Below are positions 49,678 to 60,415 of a stretch of DNA of 64,000 nucleotides, in pieces. Within the stretch, counting starts at the first letter, position 1. The number at the start of each line of letters is the position of its first letter. The translations under genes and the position numbers were made by a program. A model generated the notes under the pieces. The model was not told the origin of the DNA, did not search any database, and worked only from the letters and a program-made list of their open reading frames with translations. Origin of the DNA: a virus (Duplodnaviria > Caudoviricetes); the IMG/VR virus record IMGVR_UViG_3300048598_000287, positions 192,001-256,000 of that record. The stretch is one strand, 5' to 3'.

Positions 49678-51282
49678 ATGAATCGTTTTATGAGGAACAA
49701 AATGACTAACGATAACAAAAAGCCAACAGTGATGGAGTTGAATTACGCATTTGACTCATCGCCGGTGATGTTTGAGTCTATTATGAATGAAGCCCCAGTT
49801 CAGTATGGCCCACAGGAACTGGAAGGCGATACGGTGACAACGCCAGAAGGCGACGAGGTCGTTGATCCTCGTGGCATAATGGATGTCAATGTATCGGCTC
49901 CTATTCAGTCAGGTCCGGTATTCAATTCTGACGTGGAGCCGATTTCCAATGAAGATGGCGATAAGTATATGAATGAGTTTGAGGACTATATACAGAACCT
50001 TCATAAGATAGAGATTTCTGATGAAGACCTTGATGTAGCCGGAGCAACTATTCAGATGCTTAATAACACGCGTCAGGATGTTACCGGATTTATCCGTCAG
50101 CAGATTGCCGATGCCACCGCTCGTCTAAATACCCAGAACAGCAATCCGGCTATGCCGGACGGTGTTTCTTCCGATATGACAGGAGAAGGAAGGCTTCCCT
50201 CTGATACGGTTGATAACAATACGGGTGTTTCTGCCGGTGGTGAGCTTAACGGATCCGTAGCTGAACCGTCCGCTGACATTGGCGGAATGGAAGTAAAACC
50301 GACAACTCATCTTACCCCTGAACCGGATGAACAGAGTCCGTCCGAACAGGTTAGCGGACTTGAGAATGTCGATCTCGGGCTTGGAGGAGGCGAACCTAAT
50401 GTAGAACCGTCTACCGGAGATGCCGGTGCGGGAGAATCAGCTACGGAAGGTGTTCCTTCTGGAGAAGCCGAACCGTCTACTGAAACCAATATACCTACCG
50501 ATGAAGGCACAGCAGAAACGGAATCAGGATCGGATGATACGGATAATTATGATCCATTTAAGGATTTGACATCTGATGAATCAACCGAGCCAAAGTCCGC
50601 CGAACCAAAGGTAGAAGATACTAAATCCGAGGAAACTTCAGGAGAAACAGAACCTCCCGCCAAGGATGAAGAAAATGCCCCCGATAAAGAAAAGTCTGAA
50701 AAAAAAGAAGAACCGCCTGATAATGAAGATACCGACAAAGAAAAGAAAGACACGGCTCTTACTGAATCTGTAGAAGCCGCCAGAAAGAGCTTTTCTGCTA
50801 AGCTTGAATCAATCCTGGATGATTATAGAAAGAGAAAGTCAATCCGCAATGCTAAGATTCAGTGTGAATCTATCGTAGCTAATGCGAATAAGAAGCTTGC
50901 TGATTCTGATCATGCCATAATGGATAATTCAGCTAATGAAAAATCGACCAAGATCAAGGCTAAATGCGAATCAATTATCAAGGCATATAATGATTCAACG
51001 AAGGAAAAGGACCTTACCGCCAAACTGGAATCCATCATATATAATTATAAGGCAACTAAAGAGGCGGAAGCAAAAAAGCCGAGCGCTGCAGTAAAGCCAA
51101 TTAATGAAGCCGCCGAGATGTCCGCATTGAAGGCAAAATGCGAGTCCATCATATCTCGTGCAACCCGTTATGACAAGCTTACCGCTAAATGTGAATCGAT
51201 CGTCAATGGATATCGTGCAACGGAATCTAACGCCGAGGCAGCGAAGAAAATAATCGATAAATATAATGCGACATTGGCATAA
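49678..51282 (+). CDS. Putative prohead scaffold/core protein
   Basis: Own late promoter and terminator; very acidic disordered middle; C-terminal helical repeats (K/Q)(C/L)ESI; start uncertain. Confidence 0.5.
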   Translation: MNRFMRNKMTNDNKKPTVMELNYAFDSSPVMFESIMNEAPVQYGPQELEGDTVTTPEGDEVVDPRGIMDVNVSAPIQSGPVFNSDVEPISNEDGDKYMNEFEDYIQNLHKIEISDEDLDVAGATIQMLNNTRQDVTGFIRQQIADATARLNTQNSNPAMPDGVSSDMTGEGRLPSDTVDNNTGVSAGGELNGSVAEPSADIGGMEVKPTTHLTPEPDEQSPSEQVSGLENVDLGLGGGEPNVEPSTGDAGAGESATEGVPSGEAEPSTETNIPTDEGTAETESGSDDTDNYDPFKDLTSDESTEPKSAEPKVEDTKSEETSGETEPPAKDEENAPDKEKSEKKEEPPDNEDTDKEKKDTALTESVEAARKSFSAKLESILDDYRKRKSIRNAKIQCESIVANANKKLADSDHAIMDNSANEKSTKIKAKCESIIKAYNDSTKEKDLTAKLESIIYNYKATKEAEAKKPSAAVKPINEAAEMSALKAKCESIISRATRYDKLTAKCESIVNGYRATESNAEAAKKIIDKYNATLA

Positions 51283-51307
51283 CTGAAGAATGATTCATAT
51301 ATTGATG

Positions 51308-51334
51308 AAACGGCGGGCAATACCCGCCGTTTTT
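51308..51334 (+). terminator. Intrinsic terminator
   Basis: aaacggcggg-caata-cccgccgttttt. Confidence 0.85.
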
Positions 51335-51361
51335 GTATTAATCCAAAATATCGCAAATCAT

Positions 51362-51370
51362 TATAAACTA
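51362..51370 (+). promoter_or_regulatory. Late promoter motif TATAAACTA
   Basis: Upstream of the baseplate operon. Confidence 0.75.
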
Positions 51371-51381
51371 GTTATGAAATA

Positions 51382-54000
51382 ATGGCGGATATCATGGCAA
51401 ACAGCATTTCACGAAAATATACCAATATATCATATGATGACATACGCGATAACCTGATAACGATATTGAAGGCAAAGGGCGGGAGACTTGCCGATTATAG
51501 CACATCATCGTATGGACGTATGCTGCTAGAGATGTTCTCTGGAACTGCCGATCTTATGGCATATTTTGCTGAAAGTTCATTTAACAATGCTTTTTTGGAA
51601 ACGGCATATAGCGATCCGGCCATTTATGCCGGTGCAAGAATGCTAGGATATAGTATCCGGCGTCCGGTTCCTGCTAAAACCGCATTTGCGATCCAGACAA
51701 AAAAGACAGGCGTATATGGAAAGATAAAAGTGTATATACCTATGGGAACACAATTCAATCTAGGAACAAGCATAATAACCGCGGTTACTGACAGCGAATG
51801 GGTATATGACCGGAATGAAGACACCGGGGAGACTGGGCTTCTTACGTTAAGTTCTGGGAATTGCGTATGTGCGGAAGGATATTTCAAGACGGTGAATTTT
51901 GTATCTTCAGGGACGCAGAATCAGTCATTTATAATTCCTGATACCGGATTCAGCGATTATTTCGGGGATAATGATCCAAACTATACGGATGATCACCTAT
52001 TTGAAGAAAGAAAAAATTCATTCACATCAGTCACTACAGATGCTTCACTGGTCGATAATTTTGACAGCACTGATGCTATAAATGGAAATATTTATTGGAG
52101 GATATCCAGACGCGGAATAACTGATCCGACAACGGAAAATACGGTGAATGATATAGAGGCCTTTGTTGACGGAGAAAATTTTACCACTAATTATACATCT
52201 CTTATTGAAACATCAAATGACGGTTATGTTCAGATGAAATTCGGGGATGGCCTCAAATCTGCCATACCTTATGGCGAAATTGTGGTAAAATATTTTTACA
52301 CCAATGGCGAAGCAGGAAATCTTATAAATGTTTCCGGGACTAAAATAACCCCCTATAAAACCAGCATTCATATAAGAAATGAATATGAGAACGAATCTGA
52401 TATAACGCTTGACGATTTGACATTTGCCTTGACGACAGATCTTAAGGGAGGACTTAACATTGAATCCAAGGAATCTGTCAGGATTAATGCCCCGGCTATA
52501 TACAGTACCCTTGACCGATTGGTTAATAAGCTTAGCTATCAGATATTCCTTAGTAGATATGCAGATATAAAATACGCGAACGCGTTTGGTGAAGATGTGC
52601 TTAACACCAAACTTCCGGACGGTACACTTGACATAAAATACATGAATCAGGTCCGGTTTACTGCAATAAAGGATTTATATCGGCTTAAAGATGAAAAGTA
52701 TTATCCTACTGCTCCTGATGAATATTTTCTTTCCGGCTTCAAGGTAAACGGACTGATGTATATATGGCAATATGACAATCAGACTATGCCAAACAAGACA
52801 AGCGCGTATAAATTCCGTACTGCCATGGAAGACATGGTTACCACATTATCGTCTAAACTGGTTAAGTCTCTCGGGACTACATATGATGGCACTGCATCCG
52901 ACATGAAATCTCTTATTATGGATTCTATGTCCGGTACATATGATGATATCACTGTTTTACCTTATATAGACACAGTTTTCGGCGTAAAATTTACCCCTTA
53001 TGACTTTGTAGAGTCGGGGAGTGAAATATACAGCATACTTAAAGAACTTACCCGCAGAGGAATGATGACTATAGGATCCGGATATCATCTTTATGTATAT
53101 CCGGTTGTGCATAACTATAAGATAAAGATGGATCTAGTACTTTTCCGTGGAAATAATTTCAGCGATATAAAGGATAAGATAAAATATAGCGTATATAAAT
53201 ATTTAAAGGAAAGCACGGATTTCCGCACTGGCATATATAGGTCAAAAATTGCACACCTAGTTCATACTTTTCCAGAGGTTGCCGGTGTTAACGTGACATT
53301 CGAGGCAGCAAATGATACATATTCCGGTCTTGACCTGACTTCTCTTACATGGCTAGGCGATGCAACCGGCGAATATATATCATCCGGATCAATAAGTCTT
53401 AATGGATTCGACATATCGCTTGATTATACTCATAAAGCTTCCGGTAAGTCATCATATGCGGAAACCCTTATGTTTTCCGTGGGCGGGCAGACTGAGAATG
53501 CGGCGTTGATAACGGCATATTATAAGAAATATCTAGCTACAGTGTCGAATGATTCATATGTGATAAAGAGCGGTATAACTGAAGATGACATTGACAAATT
53601 TGTCGCGTATATATGGAACCTTCTAATGCAGTCCATGATGAAACCTATATATCAGATATATAAGGATACCAGGAGCACGGGAGATCTTGACAAGGCTAAC
53701 CGATATTATGACGTGATAGAAGCGATAAAGGGATGGTCAATAAGTTCATCAGGCACCCTGGAATTCATAGAAACCGATAATATAAAATCCATGACGGAAA
53801 CCGGAGGAAAATACATGTATGATTACATACGGTATGGGCTGGAATATGTGAAGCTCGTTCGTAATGTCCTTCTATACAAGGTGGCCACCGGTGTAATTGA
53901 CTCTGATGGAAACATAACTAATTATTCAATGGATAACGAGATAGCACAATGTGAGATTCTTCCTGAAGACATAACGATTTCATATGATAACAATGTATAG
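51382..54000 (+). CDS. Baseplate wedge protein, T4 gp6-like
   Basis: SYDDIRDNL, FLETA, ARMLGY, FGDG, YFYTNGEAGN and GGLNIESKESVRINAP motifs. Confidence 0.88.
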   Translation: MADIMANSISRKYTNISYDDIRDNLITILKAKGGRLADYSTSSYGRMLLEMFSGTADLMAYFAESSFNNAFLETAYSDPAIYAGARMLGYSIRRPVPAKTAFAIQTKKTGVYGKIKVYIPMGTQFNLGTSIITAVTDSEWVYDRNEDTGETGLLTLSSGNCVCAEGYFKTVNFVSSGTQNQSFIIPDTGFSDYFGDNDPNYTDDHLFEERKNSFTSVTTDASLVDNFDSTDAINGNIYWRISRRGITDPTTENTVNDIEAFVDGENFTTNYTSLIETSNDGYVQMKFGDGLKSAIPYGEIVVKYFYTNGEAGNLINVSGTKITPYKTSIHIRNEYENESDITLDDLTFALTTDLKGGLNIESKESVRINAPAIYSTLDRLVNKLSYQIFLSRYADIKYANAFGEDVLNTKLPDGTLDIKYMNQVRFTAIKDLYRLKDEKYYPTAPDEYFLSGFKVNGLMYIWQYDNQTMPNKTSAYKFRTAMEDMVTTLSSKLVKSLGTTYDGTASDMKSLIMDSMSGTYDDITVLPYIDTVFGVKFTPYDFVESGSEIYSILKELTRRGMMTIGSGYHLYVYPVVHNYKIKMDLVLFRGNNFSDIKDKIKYSVYKYLKESTDFRTGIYRSKIAHLVHTFPEVAGVNVTFEAANDTYSGLDLTSLTWLGDATGEYISSGSISLNGFDISLDYTHKASGKSSYAETLMFSVGGQTENAALITAYYKKYLATVSNDSYVIKSGITEDDIDKFVAYIWNLLMQSMMKPIYQIYKDTRSTGDLDKANRYYDVIEAIKGWSISSSGTLEFIETDNIKSMTETGGKYMYDYIRYGLEYVKLVRNVLLYKVATGVIDSDGNITNYSMDNEIAQCEILPEDITISYDNNV

Positions 54001-54008
54001 AGGATACC

Positions 54009-57000
54009 ATGGCAACTAATCCAATAGCAATAAATGCGTGTGGAAAATTCAGATTTATCGATTTCATGAACTATATCCCGGATTTTCTTAAAGAAGAAAA
54101 GGACGTGGTCACTCTGATGCAGATATTCAGCGATTATCTGAATAATGCATACCGTAACATAGAAGATTCCACCAAGTTCACTTTCAGTTTTCTCACGACC
54201 GAATCAATGATGAAGACATGTAAATCCGGGGTAGACGATCTGGTAAATAAGCTTTCGGCATGCTCCGATAATGACCTATATGTATATTATCTTTCCATGC
54301 CACGCACAAACGTAAATTCTAATTCCATCGAGAAACTTTCTTATGCAACGGCGTCGATATATTATGATGGATCCATGAAGGATATATTGCCTATAAATAT
54401 CGTCACTGACACACTTTCCACTTCTATATCTGATGGAGATGTCCTGTATATAAAATTCAATGATGGAAATACGTATCCATATTATGTAAATATGACTGAT
54501 GGGACAATAGTCATAGAGCAAAAAAGATATTCTCAGGATCCATTTAAATCAACGCTCAATGTGATGATCGATGGCTCTCCGAGAATAGTGAAGTTCATTC
54601 CTAAAGATGTAGGAGAAACGATATCATCATATGTCGGACAGCTAGGAGAAGTGGATATATATGAAATAAAATTTGATCTGACGATAAATACGGTCGAAAA
54701 CGCGGCTTCTCATTATGTAAAGACTATAGGAAACGAATCCGTTGAGATAGATCTTTTCGGATACACCAGTGGAAACCATGGGGCGTATTCTGATTATGTA
54801 AAGATTCCTTACATGAATGATAAATCCATATTTGAGTGGCGTGATGGAAATCCTACTGGCGTATTTTATTTCAGCGATCTGTATGAATTTGAAAATGGCA
54901 CCGATTCATCAATATACAAGGAATACCATATAGATAAGATGTATGTGACTGGCGATGGGTATACATGTTATCTTACGCTGTCCAGCGCCCCGTCGTTTGC
55001 CGTAAATGATACATTTCGCATAGACAGCAGTGAAATAATAGGAACAAGCGCATCAGCTGATGTCACTCTTTATGGTGAATATACAGTAAGAAACATCATA
55101 GGAAACGTAGTGATAACATCATTATCAAGCAAATTGGAGAACAGTCCGGTTACTAGAAAAATGACATCATATAATCGGTTGTATAAATATTCGATAAATT
55201 ATGCAAGGTCGGAATATGATGTTACATCGATAACACCCATGCTTAAATGGAGCCGGTTAGATTCCATAGGAACGCCATCTATATTATCCGGCGATAGATT
55301 ATATACATATGATGCCATCGAAAATAAACAGATAGGATATCTTACATTTTCTGATATTTTTCAGTATGAGACAGGTACTTCCGGATCCGATATCATATAT
55401 AAGAATGTGGTGTCTAAATATATACACATTCCATCTGCCATGAAACTTGATACATTCTCTCCTGTATATATGGAATATTGCCCATACATAAGTACATTAT
55501 CAGCGGAAGAAAAGGCTTGGATAACGGCAAACGCTGGATATTTAAACCAGCCGGTTTCTGGATATGATTCATCGGCGGACAAAATGCTTTTCCGTCTTCT
55601 TATGGACAACTCAAATGTAGGATTCAAGATAAGCGGGGCCACCATAACAAAAGCGGTTGCCGATAAGATCCGACTTAAAGTATATTCTATAAATGGAGCA
55701 TTTGGAACGGCATATACCGCAACGGCAGATAATACGGACGCAGTCATTTTTTCAAAATCAATTCCTGAATCGGGCGATATTTGCCTGCTATCGAGAATTG
55801 TCCTTGATACAGAGGCATCTGCGTATTCCACTAAGACAAAGATTAGCAAAATATACAATGTAGTCACCGTTGAACAGATGGATAGTGCTTCCGGAAAATA
55901 TCATGTATATTTTTCTGATAGCATTCCAGAAGACCCTACTAACACATTATCTTCATTTATAAGTGTATCATTTCTTAAACGTTCAGAAGATGCCGCCATG
56001 GCGGTTGCCGACGGTACCATAACTGACTTATATTTATATTGCAAATATGTATACGGGGATATATATAGTCATGATTATTGGATGTCTGATTCCGGACAAT
56101 TTGCATTAAAATGTGCATATACCGATGAGCTTGGTAATGTGTCGGATATAGTGAAATTTTCGCTGGGAAATCAATATTCTGCAGGGGATCTTGTTTACCG
56201 TGATGATAAGAAAAAAGTATATAAGGTAATGCTAGAAATAACGGGTACGGAGACCTTGATGGAGATAACCGAGAAGGGATTGATGTATCCATATATGTAT
56301 AATGTGGCAAAGATAGGAACGAAGACGGTTTATAATGATTATATGAAAGGCATATATAAGGCAGGATCACTAACATATGGGAAATCCCCAGATCTTTCAG
56401 AATATTCTGATTATTCTAATGCAATGAGCACGTTTTTTTCCGCTAAGGCGGAAGACAATTCTCTTATTTTTGGATGGAAAGACCGGGAATATCTGCTTAA
56501 TCATGCAAATTACAATACGGAAGGAAAGGCAAGGAATGGATTTGCCGAATTTTATACCACAGGCGAAGAATATGACATCGTTTTGAAGAATTTGGAATAC
56601 TATTCGATAGCAACTACCATTCCTGATGAGGGGGTGTTACTTAAAGGATTGACAAATGAAATATCAGAAACGTCTTCAAGTTACATAACGGCTGCCAGAC
56701 AGACGGATGGCTCATATATTGTAAGCGTAAGGATTGATAGCCATGGATTTCCTGATAATTCGCGCATTCGGGTTTCCGGAGCAGGAACGTCAGACTATTT
56801 TGTATTTGACACTCCGGATAATGAATTTGATGTGATAACGGTAGTTGATAAGAATAATTTCACATTCGCTAGAGAATCCGATTGCCTTGATGACATGGTT
56901 CAGGGAAATACCGGATTCCAGGTAACTTATTACCGGTCAATTTATAATCCAGTTACCACGGCGGCATATTATTTTTCCGCTGATTCAACGCATTCTGCAA

Positions 57001-59147
57001 ATTATCTATACATTACCACAAAATATCCTCATGGATATTCGACTTATTCAAAAGTAACCCTTATAAATATGCCGACAACGGCAGAAAATGCAGGATGGAT
57101 ATCTAATTCAATCAATACTGATCATAACATAAATAAGATAGTCAATGATTATACATATGCCATTTATCTAGATCCGTCTAACGTTCCGGTACGGATGTCA
57201 TCCGGTGTGCTTAAATACACTACCGGAACAACTACAAATAATAATCAGCTATATGATTCATATTCAGTTGAGTATCCTGAGGATGGTGATGTCATAAAAA
57301 TAGGAGATACTTATTATAAGGTTTCTTCTGGGGAATGGGTTCAGCTTTCCGGAGATACTATAGAAACGCCATTCATTATTTATACTCATCAGAATCTGTT
57401 TGATGTAACTTCAACCAATCCGCAAAGCGCAGTAGGGGATAGCAATGAGATAGAATCCATAATATTTGATGGAATTGATGAAGTAACCGTTATAGTTAGA
57501 AACACAATGGATCTTTATGCTGGGAAGAGCTGTGTGTATGTCCATGATGTGTATCCAATGGCATATAATGGCAGGTTTGTAGTTAATTCAGTATTGACAC
57601 CAAGAATGTTTACGTATAAGGTTTCTCCAGGAAAAATAACGGAAACTAAAGGAAGAACCATAAATAACGGAAAGATGAAATGTGAGGAAGGAAAATGGTT
57701 CCGTTATGAAGTTAGCGAAGTCGAACTTAGTAGGAAATCCGTATATGACATATATAAATATGGAAAGAAAACGGTGAATCACATAACTGACATTGCAACG
57801 GATAATTATATAGCCACTGAATCGGCACATGGGCTGAATGCAGGGGATGGAATAGTTATATATAAAGACGGCGCATATGTCAACGCCGTTGTCGATACGG
57901 TTATTTCTAAAAATTCTTTCAGTTATCTTGGGGCTCCTGACGGGGATTATTCTGGAGGATATGTATTCAAGGGAATATATATAGCGGCTTCCACTCATGC
58001 GGATGACGTTAATCCATCCGGACTATATTCACAATATATAGCTTCGCTTGACCGGACATATACGTTTTCGGAAGGCGACATCGTGTTCGCTAATGATAAT
58101 TTGGCTGACGACATGCCTAAGACATATATAGCTAGGGAAGGAATATGGACTCCATGTACGGAAAAGCGTATAATGAAGATACATAAGATAGACATAGATA
58201 AATATCATAACGCAGCATGGGATACTGCTGATACACTGGTTGATATCGATGAATACATATATCGCCCATATTCTTATCCTGAAGTGGTTGCACAGATGGG
58301 TGTCGATCTTGATGAGGGGGAGAGTTCATATGTTATGCCTTTTCATATCCGTAACTATAATTTTGCCGGACCATATATAGAACATCTTGATAGCACGGTT
58401 CTTCCGGAATATCAGTTCAACTCAAAGAAGGATTATGCTTCTGTGGCGCAGAGAAGCGATTTTTCGGATACTGATTTCAAGGGTATTCCGGACATGAAAT
58501 ATCCCCTTGTAGAAAAACTTGAACGTCTTATCTATCTCCGTGATGCCCAGGTGATAGATTATGATCTTATAGGATATCTTGCCAGATTCATGGGATATGA
58601 CATAACTGATGCTAAAAATGAGATTGAGGCAAGTATAATGTACAGAACCCCGGAGGATAAAGAGAAAGCCGTCAGGGAGACCGTATCTAACTTGCCGCAG
58701 GTTTATACGCTTGGCGGAACACAGTCCGGATTAGAAATGCTTCTTGAAACTTTTGGCGTTGTTGCGGATGTTATAGTAAAATGGACAAATACAGAATCAC
58801 CATATGGCGAACTGATAAACGAGGATGATGTAAGGGCAAGGCAGGATGCCGATTATGAAAACGGAAAGTATGGCAACTGGGTCCCTACACCTCATGTAGC
58901 AGTTAAAATAAGTGCCACTGAAAACTATAAGAATGGAATGATAGATGACGCGTCATACGTCACTTTAATAAAGAACATAAAAGCATTTAAACCTATTCAG
59001 ACGGTTTTTGACGAGTTCATAAAATATGTAGAAGCGGATAGGGGAAAAATATATGTTAGTAATGCATCATTCATAACGTCAGGACGGATGAGCATTAACA
59101 TGAATTGTGAAATCGATCCAGAAGATGAATCAGGAATATGCGGGTAG
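54009..59147 (+). CDS. Large baseplate wedge protein (gp7/gpI-like), 1712 aa
   Basis: Follows the gp6-like gene; N-terminal IPDFLKE; C-terminal YLARFMGY...GGTQSGLEMLL; internal HG-containing beta repeats. Confidence 0.65.
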   Translation: MATNPIAINACGKFRFIDFMNYIPDFLKEEKDVVTLMQIFSDYLNNAYRNIEDSTKFTFSFLTTESMMKTCKSGVDDLVNKLSACSDNDLYVYYLSMPRTNVNSNSIEKLSYATASIYYDGSMKDILPINIVTDTLSTSISDGDVLYIKFNDGNTYPYYVNMTDGTIVIEQKRYSQDPFKSTLNVMIDGSPRIVKFIPKDVGETISSYVGQLGEVDIYEIKFDLTINTVENAASHYVKTIGNESVEIDLFGYTSGNHGAYSDYVKIPYMNDKSIFEWRDGNPTGVFYFSDLYEFENGTDSSIYKEYHIDKMYVTGDGYTCYLTLSSAPSFAVNDTFRIDSSEIIGTSASADVTLYGEYTVRNIIGNVVITSLSSKLENSPVTRKMTSYNRLYKYSINYARSEYDVTSITPMLKWSRLDSIGTPSILSGDRLYTYDAIENKQIGYLTFSDIFQYETGTSGSDIIYKNVVSKYIHIPSAMKLDTFSPVYMEYCPYISTLSAEEKAWITANAGYLNQPVSGYDSSADKMLFRLLMDNSNVGFKISGATITKAVADKIRLKVYSINGAFGTAYTATADNTDAVIFSKSIPESGDICLLSRIVLDTEASAYSTKTKISKIYNVVTVEQMDSASGKYHVYFSDSIPEDPTNTLSSFISVSFLKRSEDAAMAVADGTITDLYLYCKYVYGDIYSHDYWMSDSGQFALKCAYTDELGNVSDIVKFSLGNQYSAGDLVYRDDKKKVYKVMLEITGTETLMEITEKGLMYPYMYNVAKIGTKTVYNDYMKGIYKAGSLTYGKSPDLSEYSDYSNAMSTFFSAKAEDNSLIFGWKDREYLLNHANYNTEGKARNGFAEFYTTGEEYDIVLKNLEYYSIATTIPDEGVLLKGLTNEISETSSSYITAARQTDGSYIVSVRIDSHGFPDNSRIRVSGAGTSDYFVFDTPDNEFDVITVVDKNNFTFARESDCLDDMVQGNTGFQVTYYRSIYNPVTTAAYYFSADSTHSANYLYITTKYPHGYSTYSKVTLINMPTTAENAGWISNSINTDHNINKIVNDYTYAIYLDPSNVPVRMSSGVLKYTTGTTTNNNQLYDSYSVEYPEDGDVIKIGDTYYKVSSGEWVQLSGDTIETPFIIYTHQNLFDVTSTNPQSAVGDSNEIESIIFDGIDEVTVIVRNTMDLYAGKSCVYVHDVYPMAYNGRFVVNSVLTPRMFTYKVSPGKITETKGRTINNGKMKCEEGKWFRYEVSEVELSRKSVYDIYKYGKKTVNHITDIATDNYIATESAHGLNAGDGIVIYKDGAYVNAVVDTVISKNSFSYLGAPDGDYSGGYVFKGIYIAASTHADDVNPSGLYSQYIASLDRTYTFSEGDIVFANDNLADDMPKTYIAREGIWTPCTEKRIMKIHKIDIDKYHNAAWDTADTLVDIDEYIYRPYSYPEVVAQMGVDLDEGESSYVMPFHIRNYNFAGPYIEHLDSTVLPEYQFNSKKDYASVAQRSDFSDTDFKGIPDMKYPLVEKLERLIYLRDAQVIDYDLIGYLARFMGYDITDAKNEIEASIMYRTPEDKEKAVRETVSNLPQVYTLGGTQSGLEMLLETFGVVADVIVKWTNTESPYGELINEDDVRARQDADYENGKYGNWVPTPHVAVKISATENYKNGMIDDASYVTLIKNIKAFKPIQTVFDEFIKYVEADRGKIYVSNASFITSGRMSINMNCEIDPEDESGICG

Positions 59148-60370
59148 CTATGATTTTCGATGAAAATGTTTTCTATGATGCGGTGGTCGTTACTAATAAA
59201 GTGGACCCTAATATGAGAGGGGGGGTTCAGGCTCGTATAATAGGATATACTGATGAGATAGATGATGAGTCTCAGCCATTCGTATATCCAGAATTAAACT
59301 GCGCGGCGGCAGTTCCGGAAAAAGGTTATTACCTTAGGGTAAAATTTGAGCATGGAAACGTCATGTCTGGACGATATGTCGCCGTATCACAGACGAAATC
59401 TGGATTTTATCCTGATGAATATTCCGCTACGACATCATATCCAAACGTATCCGTATATAATATGGGCGGAGACGGATATGTAAAGACATATGACAGGGCA
59501 AAGCAGGTTACCCAGATAGATTGTCCTAATGGCGCGCATGCCACATGGGATGGTGACGGGAACATTATCATGACAAGCGATAAAGCATATGAACATGCAG
59601 GAGATGGAGCTAGACAGGAGGCAGGAAAGGCCGAACATAATGTTCTTACCGAAGCTACTATTGATATATTCACCTGTATGCCGGTAGGCGCAGGAACTCT
59701 TCATCAAGGAAGCGAGTATCTTACTATCCCTCATGTTTCAGCAAGGACGATAAAATCATATTCTTCACCATCCGCCGACCCTTCTACTGACGATGCGGTT
59801 CCTATGGTATCCGGTGATCCATCAGCCATTACACTTCCTATAAATAACGCCAATGGCGAAAAGGTGGATGAGGTGGAACTTTCTCTTACTAAAAACTATA
59901 TATCCAGAGTTGATAAGAAAATAGATAAAATCATAATCGGGGTCAGCGATGTCAAAAGCTTCCCGGCAATGGCTGAAGAATTCATGAAACCAGGATCTCA
60001 ATCAAGTGCTCATTATCTGATAGGAAGAATTGACGGTGATCCTGAAATTGCTTCGGAAACGGTAAACAAAACGCTTACTAACAGCGGATTCTTACAGTTC
60101 ATTCAGCTTGACCAGGATGCATATTATGCCGGAGGAGTGTATGATTCAACTGGAGAATGCGCGAACAAGAATGCCGTGTCCATTGTGCTTATAGCATCGG
60201 AAAATAAGCTGTCCAGTATAAGCGGATATACGCAGTTTCAAAAAGATACGGTCAAGGAACTTATAGTTCATATAAGGACTACTGCAAAAGATGATACCAT
60301 CCCTGTTGTGCTGGCAAGCACATTGTCCGGGGTTCCTAAACTTCCTGCTATAACGGAAAAGTTTGAATAG
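59138..60370 (+). CDS. gp5/VgrG-like OB-fold baseplate protein fused to a degenerate amidase-like domain
   Basis: N-terminal VVVTNKVDPNMRGGVQARI; C-terminal SSAHYLIGR, DAYYAG, NKNAVSI and TQFQ motifs. Confidence 0.6.
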   Translation: MRVAMIFDENVFYDAVVVTNKVDPNMRGGVQARIIGYTDEIDDESQPFVYPELNCAAAVPEKGYYLRVKFEHGNVMSGRYVAVSQTKSGFYPDEYSATTSYPNVSVYNMGGDGYVKTYDRAKQVTQIDCPNGAHATWDGDGNIIMTSDKAYEHAGDGARQEAGKAEHNVLTEATIDIFTCMPVGAGTLHQGSEYLTIPHVSARTIKSYSSPSADPSTDDAVPMVSGDPSAITLPINNANGEKVDEVELSLTKNYISRVDKKIDKIIIGVSDVKSFPAMAEEFMKPGSQSSAHYLIGRIDGDPEIASETVNKTLTNSGFLQFIQLDQDAYYAGGVYDSTGECANKNAVSIVLIASENKLSSISGYTQFQKDTVKELIVHIRTTAKDDTIPVVLASTLSGVPKLPAITEKFE

Positions 60371-60396
60371 AAAATGCCCGGAATACGGGCATTTTC
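60370..60396. terminator. Bidirectional intrinsic terminator
   Basis: gaaaatgcccg-gaata-cgggcattttc between convergent genes. Confidence 0.8.
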
Positions 60397-60415
60397 ATTA
60401 CATAATTTGCATCAA

